Shown here: positions 1 to 13,243 of the stretch, piece after piece
Position numbering within the stretch: position 1 is the first letter of the stretch
How the letters are laid out: every line of letters begins with the position of its first letter
DNA from: Octopus vulgaris
Taxonomy: Eukaryota
Length of the DNA: 64,000 nucleotides
Direction of reading: 5' to 3'
Assembly (NCBI GenBank): GCA_951406725.2
Contig: OX597819.1
Span: 5,828,001 to 5,892,000, forward strand
The notes under the pieces: generated by a model
The model's database searches: none
Told to the model about the DNA's origin: nothing
The model's input: only the letters and a program-made list of their open reading frames with translations
Made by a program: the position numbers and the translations under genes

Positions 1-34
1 AGGAATGAGAACCCAGGTTCGAGTTCTCCCCAAA

Positions 35-78
35 ACACCTGACGAAGGCTGGAGGGTATATCAGCCGGAACGTTGTGT
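35..78 (+). ncRNA. Minimal type I hammerhead motif (family H1), GAAA mutated to GGAA
   Basis: acac-CTGACGA-a-ggctg/cagcc-GGAA-cg-TT-gtgt; the same repeat recurs at 38262 (-) and 39565 (+). Confidence 0.65.
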
Positions 79-450
79 TAACAACAAACAAGATGCGGAC
101 AAATATCCGTCAAATGTAAACAATGTACATAATTCCTCATCTCTTAAATAAAGAACTGAAAAGATATGTTGTTTACTCTTTCTTGACAACACGTGCTATT
201 TTCAGGATGTTGACACAAGGTGCAGTCACGCACAAAATGACGGCTTCCAAATTCTCTTTCCCGACTGAGTGAAAAATGAACAAACTTTAAACCTCTATAA
301 CTTTTTAAAAACCTTTTTTCTGGTAAAAGTGTAATAACTCCAGCAATTCAGCATTAATATGTACCAAATTTTAAAATTTTCAATAGATTTTAATTTTTGA
401 AATGCTGGCAACCGAACCAAATATATCCATTTGCAGCCAAAATGAAAAGA

Positions 451-451
451 T

Positions 452-533
<82 letters not shown>

Positions 534-555
534 AACAACAACAACAACAACTACT

Positions 556-649
<94 letters not shown>

Positions 650-650
650 T
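451..650. repeat. (TAC)n/(AAC)n microsatellite
   Basis: Direct reading; source of the poly-T/S/V/Y ORFs. Confidence 0.98.
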
Positions 651-1183
651 ACACACGCAACGACACACTCACTTTAAAAGCAGGTATGTATTTTTAGTGG
701 CAAAATTCATAGAAAATGAGAACTGTATAACCAGTCTCAATAAAACTAATTCTAAATAGTAGAAAGATATGTAGAGTGGGCGGATGTAAAGCGTTTGCAC
801 CCTCTCCCTTCCACTTTTTTTTCCAAATATTTCTTCCGATTCCTGTTTTCGATATAGTAAGATTACGATTTTGCCAAAAAAGAAAAAAAAAAAACACGTC
901 TTCAAAATTTTAATTTCCCCTCTCTCAATTAGAAACATTTCCCCACATTCGCAATCTCTGTATTTTTCTACTCTCTTTACTCTTTTACGCTTTTACTTGT
1001 TTCAGTCTTTTGACTGCGGCCATGCTGGAGCACCGCATTTAATCGAGCAACTCGACCCCGGGACTTATTCTTTGTAAGCCCAGTTCTTATTCTATCGGTC
1101 TCTTTTGCCTAACCGCTAAGTAACGCGGACATAAACACACCAGCATCGGTTGTCAAGCAATGCTAGGGGGACAAACACACACA

Positions 1184-1223
<40 letters not shown>

Positions 1224-1227
<4 letters not shown>

Positions 1228-2100
1228 CAATATAGGGTGGCAAAAAATTTCGCAATGCCTAGTGGGAAAAAATTAAATAGTCATAGACCATTTATAAATT
1301 CAACAGCAAAATCAAGGAACGGCCATAATAGGCCATTCACCCACTAGAAATAACAGCCAAGGCTTCAACCGCAAAACAACATTAATTCCATAAACCAGGA
1401 GAAAATTAAAAAACATTTACCCTGTAATTCTTTATACGATGCACCGTTTCTTCAATTGTTTAATGGTAAACTAACCTGATTAAATTAAATCAAGCTAGTC
1501 TTCCATAGGCCGATAGAATCGTCAGTAAAGAACAGCCAGATCGGAGCAGATATTTACACGAGGCACTTCTACTACTGTCTCGGCAATATCTGACCTAAAA
1601 TTTTCAAATCATCGCACTCGCGCCAAATTTATCGGCAGCAAATATAAGTCGCCGATTCCATTACGGAATTAACCAGAAAATTCATAATTAATCAATATAG
1701 GGTGGCAAAAAATTTCGCAGAATTTTTTGCCACCAGCGGCCTAGTGGGAAAAAATTAAATAGTCATAGACCATTTATAAATTCAACAGCAAAATCAAGGA
1801 ACGGCCATAATAGGCCATACACCCACTAGAAATAACAGCCAAGGCTTCAACCGCAAAACAACATTAATTCCATAAACCAGGAGAAAATAAAAAAAATATT
1901 TACCCTGTAATTCTTTATACGATGCACCGTTTCTTCTATTGTTTAATGGTAAACTAACCTGATTAAATTAAATCAAGCTAGTCTTCCATAGGCCGATCTT
2001 CTCCTGGTTTATAGAATTAATGTTGTTTTGCGGTTGAAGCCTTGGCTGTTATTTCTAGTGGGTGAATGGCCTTTTATGGCCGTTCCTTGATTTTGCTGCT
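1224..2100 (-). mobile_element. Non-autonomous HHR-bearing Penelope-like/retrozyme-like element: 465 bp unit, partial tandem copy, inverted segment
   Basis: 1224-1688 is repeated from 1689 to 1997; 1998-2099 is an inverted copy of part of the unit; (TA)n on both sides; contains an HHR. Confidence 0.8.
1428..1532 (-). ncRNA. Type I hammerhead ribozyme with long stem II
   Basis: Minus strand: ttcttta-CTGACGA-ttc...gaa-GAAA-cggtgcatcg-TA-taaagaa; 7 bp stem I, GUA cleavage triplet. Confidence 0.85.
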
Positions 2101-3098
2101 ATATATATAAATATATATATATATATACATATATACGACCGGCTTCTTTCAGTTTCCGTCTACCAAATCCACTCACAAGGCTTTGGTTGGTCCGAGGCTA
2201 TAGTAGATGACTAGCCCAAGATGCCACGCAGTAGGACTGAACCCGGTACCATGTGGTTGGTAAACAAGCTACTTACTACACAGCCACTCCTGCGCCTACG
2301 GGGATTAAAAAAAATTTCGAAAAAAAGTGGGGAAGGTGAGAAATAAAAATTTTGAAAACGTGATTTTTGGCGTAATCTGTATTGAAAACATAGTATTCTG
2401 AAGAAATTACAGTTTACCACAGTAGCTGGCGAGCCACGCGACAAATGCCAATATCTCGACAGCAATTTAGTAATAACGAAACCAGAATGATAAATAAACG
2501 CCAAAGATAAGAAGAAACTCCCAAGTTAAACCATCTACAATAAGCTTTACTTTACTCAAGCACGATCTTCATTGATAGCAAGATAAGAGGGAATGTTAGG
2601 GTGTTAGTAAAGTGGACTCCGGGGAAAGTGGTGGGTGATGCTTTTATAGTTTGCTGTTATAGAAAACTGATCTCTCTACAAACAGAATGAAACAGCCGGC
2701 CTATACTTTTATTACAAGTAGTTTGTGATGGTGACCAACTCCACTTCACATAGATACTGTTATACAGAGTAGCGGGGTCGGAGAAGAGAGACGGCATCTG
2801 TTGGATTTTTGCTTCGCCCAGTATTTTCCCCTACTATACGCTTATTAGTGGTTATTTTCAACACTGCAATACACACAAGCTCCACGCTTCGACTTATTAT
2901 TTTAACTGGAAAAGGCAAAGATATTCATACACATCTTTACAAATGCGTGACTTCACACAAAGGTGGCAACATCGGAAAACTGGTTCACATACACAAACGT
3001 AAAGGGGTAAGTGTGAAATGTGTATGCGCGCGCGTGTATGTGTGTGTGTGTATTTATACTAACATACGTTCAGGCACGAGCGTGGATGTATGGTAAGA

Positions 3099-3328
3099 AG
3101 CGGCGAGCTGGCAGAATCGTTAGCACGCCGGACGAAATGCTCAGCAGTATTTCGTCTGCCGTTACGTTCTGAGTTCAAATTCCGCCGAGGTCGACTTTGC
3201 CTTTCATCCTTTCGGGGTCGATAAATTAAGTACCAATTACGCACTGGGATCGATGTAATCGACTTAATACCTATGTCTGTCCTTGTTTGTCCCCTCTATG
3301 TTTAGCCCCTTCTGGGTAGTAAAGAAAT
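3099..3328 (+). mobile_element. SINE family B inserted into the head of a family A SINE (3072-3480)
   Basis: gcggcgagctggcagaa...gagttcaaatt...gtagtaaagaaata; flanking duplication atgtat(g/a)gtaagaag. Confidence 0.88.
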
Positions 3329-3529
3329 ATGTATAGTAAGAAGCTTGTTTACCAACCACATGGTTCTGGGTTCTGTCCCACTGCGTGGCACCTTGGGTAA
3401 GTGTCTTCTACCATAGTCTCGGATCGACCAAAGCCTTGTGAGTGGATTTGATAGACGGAAACTGAAAGAAGCCCGTCGTATATATATGTATATGCACTTT
3501 TTGAAAAACAAATTATAGTTTTAATACTC

Positions 3530-3923
3530 ATTTACTTGTTTCAGTCATTTGACTACGGCCATGCTGGAGCACCGCCTTTAGTCGAGCAAATCGACCACAG
3601 GACTTATTCTTTGTAAGCCTAGTACTTATTCTATCTTTCTCTTTTGCCGAACCGCTACGTTACGGGGACGTAAGCACACCACCATCGGTTGTCAAGCGAT
3701 GTTGGGGGGGGGGTGGTGGCAAACACACACACACACACATACACACACACGCACACACAAACACATACACACACATATACATATATACGACGAGCTTCTT
3801 TCAGTTTCCGTCTACCAAATCCACTCACAAGTCTTTGGTCGTCCCGAGGCTATAGTAGAAGACACTTGCCGAAGGTGCCACGCTGTGGGACTGAACCCAG
3901 AACCATGTGGTTGGCGAACAAGC
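3530..3923 (-). mobile_element. SINE family A
   Basis: Matches the consensus seen in about 25 copies in the window. Confidence 0.88.
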
Positions 3924-4333
3924 TGGAGGGACTCAAAGAGGAATATCGCTTGTGGCCGGGTGACGCAGACTCGGAGCCCGCTTTGGTTTTAAACGAGGTG
4001 TGGATAATGACGGAGTATACGGGCAGAAGCGATGTTGGGGAGGAAAATTGACAAGAGGTTGAAAAGCCTCACTGTTATAATGTTTAAGTATGCAAAAGGC
4101 TCAGCGCCTCAATTTGTAAATGGACTATGAAGTCCAAAACATTGTAAAAACGGAAGTAAGAGGTTCAATACCTCGGTTTGTTTTTTGTGTAAAAAATAAT
4201 GTTTTAGAGAAGCGGGCGTTTTTTGTCTTCTCCCATTAATATAATTGTATTTCATCATTCATCTCATCAATGTTTCTGTCCAGCCCGAAAGCTACTCTGT
4301 ATCGTACCTTCATGGCAAATTTAAAAAAAATAA

Positions 4334-4811
4334 AGTAGCCTGCTTACCAACCACATGATTCCAGGTTCAGTCCCACTGCGTGGCATCTTGGGCAAGTGTC
4401 TTCTACTATAGCTTTGGTAGATGGAAACTGAAAGAAGGCCATCGCATATATGTTTATATATACATATATATATATATGTATAGAAATTAAATATAAATTA
4501 CAAAATGGGAAAGAACGCAAAAACACACAAAGAGACGGCACAAAAAACAGACGGGTCATTCGAAGCCTCTAATCTTCAGTCGGGAACCGGATCATCTTAG
4601 CAATTTCGGCTGGTTAATCCTCGATATCGCTCCGATACGGCCAGTCCCAAAGAAAAACTAAGCCACGGGCATTAGATTTCTTGGAAAGAGGATCGAATGT
4701 ATACGAAACAAGGACAGGATGCCACACGAACATAAATACAAGAAGCAAAAAATAGAAATAAAAAACAAGAATAGTAATAACAGGACAAAACAGTGGATGT
4801 CTTACGACTTC

Positions 4812-4853
<42 letters not shown>

Positions 4854-5072
4854 CTATGTGTGTGTATATGTTTGCGTGTCTGTGTTTGTACCCAACATCG
4901 CTTGACAACCGATGCTGGTGCGTTTACGTCTCCGTCACCTAGCGGTTCGGCAAAAGAGACCGATAGAATAAGTACTAGGCTTACAAAGAATAAGTCCTGG
5001 GGTCGATTTGATCGACTAAAAGGTGGTGCTTCAGCATGGTCGCGGTCAAATGACTGAAACAATTAAAAGAGT
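4334..5072 (+). mobile_element. SINE family A interrupted in its (TA)n by a ~330 bp repeat (4481-4812) homologous to 27415-27600 (opposite strand)
   Basis: Head 4334-4445, tail 4840-5072; the insert aligns by eye to the reverse complement of 27415-27600. Confidence 0.75.
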
Positions 5073-5257
5073 AACAGAATACGAGTGAGTAGACAAACAA
5101 AAGGAAAGGCACTCAACACGTTTAGGACGAGTTCCACGTATTATTTACAACAGTTTGATTCCGCGCTATTTCAAGCTTCGCAGGTTTCTGGAATGCCGAA
5201 TGGCAAGATCCAGAACCTCCAAGATGGCTATAGCAAGTTAGGCTGTGTATGTGTGTG

Positions 5258-5289
<32 letters not shown>

Positions 5290-5652
5290 TGTGTGTAATT
5301 CGCATGCATTAGTACTGTTGATTAGTAACAGAATTCATTACCAAAAAATGATGGGACAACCTTTGGTTTAATCTGGAAGGAGAAGTTGTCCTCATGATTT
5401 TTCCGGGCATGTATTGGGCTTAAAGTACATCATTAAAAGAAGTGAGCTTCTGATATTAGTGGGAGCCTAAGAAACAATAATTCCTAAAAAGATGTAGATA
5501 GATGAAAGCAAAATAATAACAATGAAAGAATTTGTGAAATGAAAATAAGATTGTGACCCTTTATCAAATTAAATTAAGGAAGTAGTAAATGAAGTAGGAA
5601 TGATGCCAAATTTATGATTTCTGTTTCACTCGGTCATACATTAAACATATTG

Positions 5653-6036
5653 TGGAGGCGCAATGGGCCAGTGGTTAGGGCAGCGGACTCGCGGTCATAG
5701 GATCGCGGTTTCGATTCCCAGACCGGGCGCTGGGAGTGTTTATTGAGCGAAAACACATAAAGCTCCACGACGCTCCGGCAGGGGATGGTGGTGATCCCTG
5801 CTGTACTCTTTCACCACAACATTCTCTCACTCTTACTTCCTGTTTCTGTTGTACCTGTATTTCAAAGGACCGGCCTTGTCACTCTCTGTGTCACGCTGAA
5901 TATCCCCGATAACTACGTTAAGGGTACACGTGTCTGTGGAGTGCTCAGCCAGTTACACGTTAATTTCACGAGCAGGCTGTTCCGTTGATTCGGATCAACC
6001 GGAACCCTCGTCGTCGTAACCGACGGAGTGCTTCCA
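5653..6036 (+). mobile_element. SINE family C (tRNA-derived head), full length
   Basis: ggaggcgcaatgg..cagtggttagggcagcggactcgcggtc..ggtttcgattccc; near-identical copies at 19620, 32524 and 58107. Confidence 0.92.
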
Positions 6037-6249
6037 ACATTAACATAAATTAGACATGTGAATATATAATTTACATATATTGGTTTTCCCCAATATTTGA
6101 TGAGTAATTTGACATACCAGACACCCAGTCTCAGTCTCAAAATGTATGAATTTCAAAACAGCAACTTTGCTCGTTTGTGAGAAAGGCTTGTTACAGACTC
6201 TAACGCATAACCGGATGAAAAAATATAATTCCTTGAGGTGTACATTAAA

Positions 6250-6417
6250 CGCAGGAGTGGCTTTGTGGTAAGTAGCTTGTTTACCAGCTACATGGTTCCG
6301 GGTTCATTCCCAGTGCGTAGCACCTTGGGCAAGTGTCTTCTACTATAGCCTCGGGACGACCAAAGCCTTGTGAGCGGATTTGGTAGACGGAAACTGAAAG
6401 AAGCCCGTCATATATAT

Positions 6418-6466
<49 letters not shown>

Positions 6467-6678
6467 TGTGTGTGTGTGTTTGTCCCCCCTCAACATCCCT
6501 TGACAACCGATGCTGGTGAGTTTGCGTCCCCGTAACGTAGCGGTTCGGCAAAAGTGACAGATAGAATAAGTACTAGGCTTACAAAGAATAAGTCCTGTGG
6601 TCGATTTGCTCGACTAAAGGCGGTGCTCCAGCACGGCCGCAGTCAAATGACTGAAACAAGTAAAAGAGTAAAGAGTAT
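6250..6678 (+). mobile_element. SINE family A
   Basis: Consensus match with (GTAAAAGA)n-type tail. Confidence 0.9.
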
Positions 6679-6977
6679 AAATAAATTGTGGAAGAGTATC
6701 ATAAAAGAATAAAATCTATGTAAATGAAATGGTGAGAAAACTTAAAGCAAAGGAGCATGTTAAAGTGGTAGATGGGAGGAGAGACAGAGAGAGAGAAAAA
6801 GTGAGAGAGAAAGAAAGGAAGAGAGAGAGAGAGAGAGAGAGAAGAAGAAGAAGAAGAAGAAGAAGAGAAGAAGAAGAAGAAGAAGAAGAAGAAGAAGAAA
6901 ACAACACAATAAGAGATAAATGGTGTTAAATATATAAATTATGCAGTTACTTGAAGCATGCACATGAGTATGAGCAC

Positions 6978-7017
<40 letters not shown>

Positions 7018-7074
7018 GTGTGTGTATTACACGTGAAGTAATTACTGGCTTCAAATTTTCAGGCAAGGCCAGCA

Positions 7075-7260
7075 ATTTCGGAAAGTGAGGTGAGTCGATT
7101 ACATTGATTCCAATACTCAACTGGTATTTATTTTCTCGATTTCGAAAGTATGAAAGACAAAGTTGACTCCGGCGGCATTTGAGCTCAGAACGTAAGAACG
7201 GACGAAATGCCGCTAACCTCTTTGGCCGGTAAGCTAACGATTCAGCCAACTCGCCGCCTA
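7075..7260 (-). mobile_element. SINE family B, diverged
   Basis: Reverse-complement match to the family B head and core. Confidence 0.75.
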
Positions 7261-7565
7261 GTGTGTTGTAATTATTAAGCATGTGTGTATAGGGTAGGGA
7301 ACAATCCTATAAAGTGTTCAGGTGGTGGTGTTAGTGGCTTCGCTGTGCAAACATTGCATGTTTAATTTCCGTTCTATAATCTTGCATTAGCTGAAACAAT
7401 TCCAATGGCTAGATGTAATCGGCTGATTTTATCGCATTTCTATTCTCGATGTATTTGGGGGGTTTGTTTGTTTTTTTGTTTGTGTGTGTGTGTGTGTGTG
7501 TGTGCGTGTGCGTGCGTGTGATCGTGTGTGCGTGCGTTTCTATGTGTTCCGCATTATATACACAA

Positions 7566-7948
7566 CTAGCAGTATCGCCCGGCGTTGCTCGGGTTTGTAA
7601 GGGAAATAACTATATAAGCATTTTTAGAGATGTAAAGTATAATAGCCATCTCAATATGGCTAACCACATATGTAGCTTCTTACATTCTGAGATTTAATAA
7701 TAAATTTTTAGAGAGTTACTTCCCTTATATATGCCAAAAATGCATTAAAAATGGGAAAAACTGATGGTAATTTTTTTTAAAAATCGTAGACTCATCGTAG
7801 AGGCGCGCTAATACCCAGAAGGGCTCGATATGAATCACGACTATAAGATACCCGGTTTTGGCTAAACTGCACCGCAAAATGTGGGAGTAGTTAGGAATCT
7901 AAATCGTAGGAGACAGACAGCACACAACCTCACTCTTATATATAAGGA
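7566..7948 (-). mobile_element. Non-autonomous Helitron-like element
   Basis: Minus strand starts TC..TATATATAAGAG, has a CTGT tract, ends with hairpin CCCGAGCAACGCCGGG then CTAG, between A and T. Confidence 0.7.
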
Positions 7949-8538
7949 TAAAGCGGAGGAAAATAAAAAAAACCGGATTGATAGAAAATCTAAGGTTAAA
8001 CATACTTTATAATTTGTCGTACACTCTACAAAACCGTTGACAAAGCCCTTGCTTTATTTATGTCTGCTTCCGTCATTTTGAAATCGTTTCTTTTACTTAT
8101 TCTCTACAGGTTTTGCGCATCGAGGAATTTATTAAGTAATATTTCCTAGGTGATATTTCCTAAATTGTATCCAGATCTCTAATCTATTGTATTGAATAAA
8201 AGCATCGAAAATCCTTGAATATATAATTTGAAATCTCTGAGGTTGCTACTTTTTTTTTTCTTAAGGATTTACAATGTCTTCTTTTACTTCATTCAGGAAC
8301 AGGAACGCAGCCGTTGTGGGACGTCAGTTACTTACTTTTTAAAAGTGATTATTGTTAGCCATCTTTCTTTTTTTGCGCCATTAAGTTTCCGAGTGTAAAA
8401 GCAAATACATAGAAACACATAAACACATATAAACTCACATACACACACACACACACAAATACACACACGACGGGCTTCTGCACAGTTTCCGTTTACCAAT
8501 CTCACCTATAAGGCGTTAGTCTTTTTGAGGCTATAGTA

Positions 8539-8690
8539 CAGGCATGGGTGACTGCATAAAACATGGCTCATCATCAGACGGACCGCACTACTAAAATTAT
8601 TTAAGATAATCTTTCGTCAGGTATTGCTATTCAGAAAATCCCGGGGGCCGCAGGGGCCGCAGGGGCCGCAGGGGCCGCAGGTTGCCCATC
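8539..8690. mobile_element. Possible short hAT-type MITE with (GGGGCCGCAG)n subterminal repeats
   Basis: Ends caggcatgggtgac / gttgcccat are imperfect inverted repeats; 10-mer repeated 4 times at 8644-8681. Confidence 0.4.
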
Positions 8691-8904
8691 GACTTATTTG
8701 TTTTCCACATAAAACGGAAAATAAGGCTGGAAAGAAATACCGGTCGCAAATTGTGTTTTGTAAAAGATGGTAGCATATAGCAAGTATGTTGCGAGTGAAA
8801 GAACCTGTTTAAACGAGAATGTAAAAAAGGGGAAAGCAAAGTGTTCAGTGTGAGTATGTGGTTTGTGGGATCGACTCCGTCCTCCGCTCATTCTCATTTA
8901 ATTA

Positions 8905-9131
8905 CTCTCTTACTCTCTTTTACTCTTTTACTTGTTTCAGTTATTTGACTGCGGCCATGCTGGAGCACCGCCTTTAGTCGAGCAACTCGACCCCGGGACT
9001 TATTCTTTTTGTAAGCCCAGTACTTATTCTATCGGTCTCTTTTGCCGAACTGCTAAGTAACAGGGACATAAACACACCAGCATCGGTTGTCAAGCAATGC
9101 TAGGGGGACAAACACAGACACACAAACACAT

Positions 9132-9164
<33 letters not shown>

Positions 9165-9326
9165 CACGACAGGCTTCTTTTCAGTTTCCGTCTACCAAAT
9201 CCACTCACAAGGCTTTGGTCGGCCCGTGGCTATAGTAGAAGACACTTGCCCAAGGTGCCACGCAGTGGGACTGAACCCGGAACCATGTGGTTGGTAAACA
9301 AGCTACTTACCACACAGCCACTCCTG
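8905..9326 (-). mobile_element. SINE family A
   Basis: Consensus match; followed by an inverted partial copy at 9367-9520. Confidence 0.92.
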
Positions 9327-9890
9327 TATATATTTTAATTGTTTGTTTATTCATACGTTTCGTCTCATTGCTTGACAACCGATGCTGGTGTGTTTATGTC
9401 CCTGTTACTTAGCAGTTCGGCAAAAGAGACCTATAGACTAAGTACTGGGCTTACAAAAAGAATAAGTCCCGGGGTCGAGTTGCTCGACTAAAGGCGATGC
9501 TCCTGCATGGCCGCAGTCAATGTTTGTTTTGTCTGTCCTCGTATCGTCCCCTCTTTTTCTCAACCTCATCGGTTAATAAAGAAATTGACTGTTATACATC
9601 TGACCACTGGTTGAGACTGAACTCAAGACTTGGTCGGTGCAAAGCTAGCAACTTAACCTCATAGCATACCTGTGTGTCTATATTACACATAAAGGGCTGT
9701 GACTTTAACATGATATTTATTACTCATTCTCTTGAAATGTTTCTTGTCACGGATTTCATTTTAAACTAATTTATTTCATACCCCGTCCCACCACTCTGTC
9801 CTGTTTTCCTGTATTAGCTCATACACCTTTCACTGTAATTCTCTTCTTCAGTGTGTGTGTGTATGTGTGTGTGTGTGTGTGTGCATGTGT

Positions 9891-9926
<36 letters not shown>

Positions 9927-10017
9927 GTGTGTGTGCATGTGTGTGTATTCTTTTATAAGTTTCAGCCTAAAGGAAGTATTTATATGCACACAAACATATT
10001 GCTAACGATACACTGAT

Positions 10018-10106
<89 letters not shown>

Positions 10107-10776
10107 CGCACACACACACACACACACACGCACACACACACATGCACACACATTTATTTCTAGACAGATAATCACACTACCTTCCATATCTCCTCCTATC
10201 ACTCACCCCTTTCCTTACAATACATTATTCACCACACACCCTCCTTCTCTCTCTCTCTCGCAATCAGGGAAACATGTTTCTCACCTCGAGACATTATTCC
10301 TTCACCTCCTCTCTTCCTCCTCCCTACACCACTACACATATTTCGTCAGTCTTCACTTACAAATAACAAGAACAAAGCGTTTTACAGTGGGGAATATGCT
10401 TGCTTCTTACTCATCCTGAGAAATTGGTTTTCTCCCCTCCTCCTCCTCCCCCTCCTCGTTGTTGTCGTCGTTCATTGTTGTCGCATTACATTCTTCTTTA
10501 TCAGCTAATATTTGGGCCATCACCATATCCGTCACTCCTACAAGGGTCAGAGGTTGTAGGCTTAAGGCCTACCTCTGTGTGTGTGTGGGCGTGTTTGATA
10601 TCAGGTTTCTTAAGAATAAAAAAATATCCTCCATTTGCAATGTACTTCATCAGGTACACTCATCTACGCACAACGCACCGCACCGCACACACGTTTCTGT
10701 TGATACACGCACATACAGACACAAACACATTCATACATGTATGAGGTAGATACATGCTTGCACATACATACCAATA

Positions 10777-11160
10777 CAAGGGTATGATTTGTTCAATTTG
10801 GCTCACAGATTTTTTTTTAAAGTAAACAGTTTGAAACTTCGTAAACTGGTGTAATTTCTCACGAAGAAAACGGTTTAGTTTGAACATTTTGGCAAAATTT
10901 CGTACTTTAGAAGCTATTTCGTGTTAAAGTTTTCGTATTTGCGTAATTTTAACCAATCAACGACATGTATCCAGTTGAAGAATGGTTAAAATTACCTAAA
11001 TACGATAACTTCAATACGAAATAACTTCTAAAATACGAAATCTTGTCAAAAATGTTCAAAATAGACCGTGTTCTGCGTGAGAAATTACACCAGTATACGA
11101 AGTTTCAAACTGTACACTTAAAAAAATTTTTTTAATCCGTGGGCCAAACTGAACAGATCC
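10777..11160. mobile_element. Foldback MITE (nearly whole element palindromic)
   Basis: 10786-10955 pairs with 10983-11159 (e.g. cagtttgaaacttcgta / tacgaagtttcaaactg); starts TA|CAAGGG; right end abuts a family D SINE. Confidence 0.8.
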
Positions 11161-11162
11161 CA

Positions 11163-11518
11163 GGGGTAAAACTCCCAGCTTCTTCGGTCATGAATGACCT
11201 TGGTATTGCATCCAGAAAGTTCCCCTCCGAGGCACAAGTCCGAGCAAGGTTGTTTGTGGAAGACCAGCAGTCACCCATGCATACCAGCTTCCCTCTTCAC
11301 ACCACCGATGTCATCCAAAGGAAAGGCGAAGGCGATTACAGCTTGCCGCCAAGTGACGTTGCAACTCATTTCTAAAGCTGAGTGAACTGGAATCTCTTAC
11401 TCAACATGAAATAAAGTGTCCTGCTCAAGAACACAACACACAGCTCGATCCGGGAATCAAACTCACTACCTCATGATTGTGAGTCCCACTCCCTAACCAC
11501 TGGACCATGTGCCTTCAC
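11163..11518 (-). mobile_element. SINE family D, diverged
   Basis: Homologous to 14268-14610 and 53908-54246. Confidence 0.85.
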
Positions 11519-12329
11519 TTACTAATACAAACACATACACAAACGCACACACGCACAAAAATCATACACCACCACAACCACCATAACCAGCATCGCCATC
11601 ATAACTAAGTTCTTATTTCCATCTACATTGCTACATCTGCTATCACTAACTCTCCCCCCCACCACCACCGGCTACGAATAACCACGACGACGATGACGAC
11701 GCCGGTTACCAGTACCAGCACCACCAGCACCACCACCACCACCTACACCAGCGCCGCCGCCACCGCTGCCATCGCCGTCGCCGCAATCGCACACACGCAC
11801 AAAAATCATACACCACCACTACCACCACAGCCATCCTAACTAAGTTCTTGTTCCCACCTACATCACTGCAGCAGTAGCAGTCCTACCCACCCCGCTCTCA
11901 GCTCTTCCCCTATCAACACACTTCGGACGATGTTTTCTTGGTGATCGTTCTTATTTGCTTATCACGTTTCTCAAACTAAACATCCTAATCTTGTTCTATT
12001 GTGTTTGTTTATCAGATAATCGAGTCCTACTAAAGCAATGCTGATGATGAAGCCGTGATTTTTGCTGTAAACTGATTACCCACAAAGAAACACTAAAGTT
12101 TTCCTTTACATGTTCTTTTTTACTTTTTTACTCTTCTACTTGTTTTGGTCATTTGACTTGTGGCCATGTTGGAACATCGCCTTGAATAGTTTTTAGTCGA
12201 ATGACTTGTTTCTTTTTAAAACCTGGTACTTATTCCATCGGCCTGTTTTGTCTAATCGCTAAGTTACGGGTACATAAACACACCAACAACAGTCGTCAAG
12301 CGGTGATGGGGGTACAAACACAGACACAA

Positions 12330-12362
<33 letters not shown>

Positions 12363-12433
12363 AAGTAAATATAAGTGATAGTACTATGAAAATGCCCTTA
12401 CTAGTGGCAGCGAATACCAGCCGTACAGGCAAA

Positions 12434-12494
<61 letters not shown>

Positions 12495-13011
12495 TGAGTG
12501 CGTGTGTGTGTGTATACAAGGGTACTACGTGAGCACCTGCATCGCTAAAAATAGAGGTCAAAAATACTTCTGTGCCACGAAATAGTCACATAATTAATAC
12601 AATATATAAATAATATTTATATATATCTTACTTTGAACCACGATTAATCTATCTTTTCCACAGTGACCTCAACTCGTTACTACTGGATTGTCTTGATCAT
12701 CTTGACCCACGCCAATGAACTCATTCGTATCTCTCCCTCTCGCCGCTCATATTGTGAATACTCCTCTTGATCTCGTACTAACTACTGCACCGAATCCTTC
12801 TTACTACCTATCAGAAAGTCTGCTCTCTGAAATTTCCACCCTGCCAGTGTTACCCTACTAACTGCCAAAAACTTGCAGTTGTTCAATAGGAAAATGAAGC
12901 GGTCTTATATGGCCCGGAAAAATCATGAGGATAACTTCTCCTTCCAGATTAAACCAAAGGTTGTCCCATCATTTTTTGGTAATGAATTCTGTTACTAATC
13001 AACAGTACTAA

Positions 13012-13243
13012 AGGCGGCGAGCTGGCAGAAACGTTAGCACGCCGGGCGAAATGCGTAGCCGTATTTCGTCTGCCTTTACGTTCTGAGTTCAAATTCCGCT
13101 GAGAACGACTTTGCCTTTCATCCTTTCGGGGTCGATAAATTAAGTACCAGTTACGCACTGGGGTCGATGTAATCGACTTAATCTGTTTGTCTGTCCTTGT
13201 TTGTCTCCTCTGTGTTTAGCTCCTTGTGGGTAGTAAAGAAATA
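13012..13243 (+). mobile_element. SINE family B with TSD AGTACTAA
   Basis: TSD at 13004-13011 and 13244-13251; empty paralogous site at 5305-5408 (-). Confidence 0.93.

Larger units (their letters stand above)
969..2297 (-). mobile_element. SINE family A copy split by an insertion in its internal (TA)n
   Basis: Tail half 969-1185 and head half 2135-2297 match the family A consensus; A-box TGGCTGTGTGG and B-box GGTTCAGTCC lie on the minus strand. Confidence 0.9.

Noticed and set aside
5653-5730. tRNA gene candidates at SINE heads
   Set aside because: A and B boxes are present but run into SINE bodies with TSDs; no complete cloverleaf verified
9087-9338. Recurrent ORFs such as [18 protein letters not shown] and AIVEDTCPRCHAVGLNPEPCGW
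   Set aside because: Translations of SINE A on its antisense strand, not a gene family
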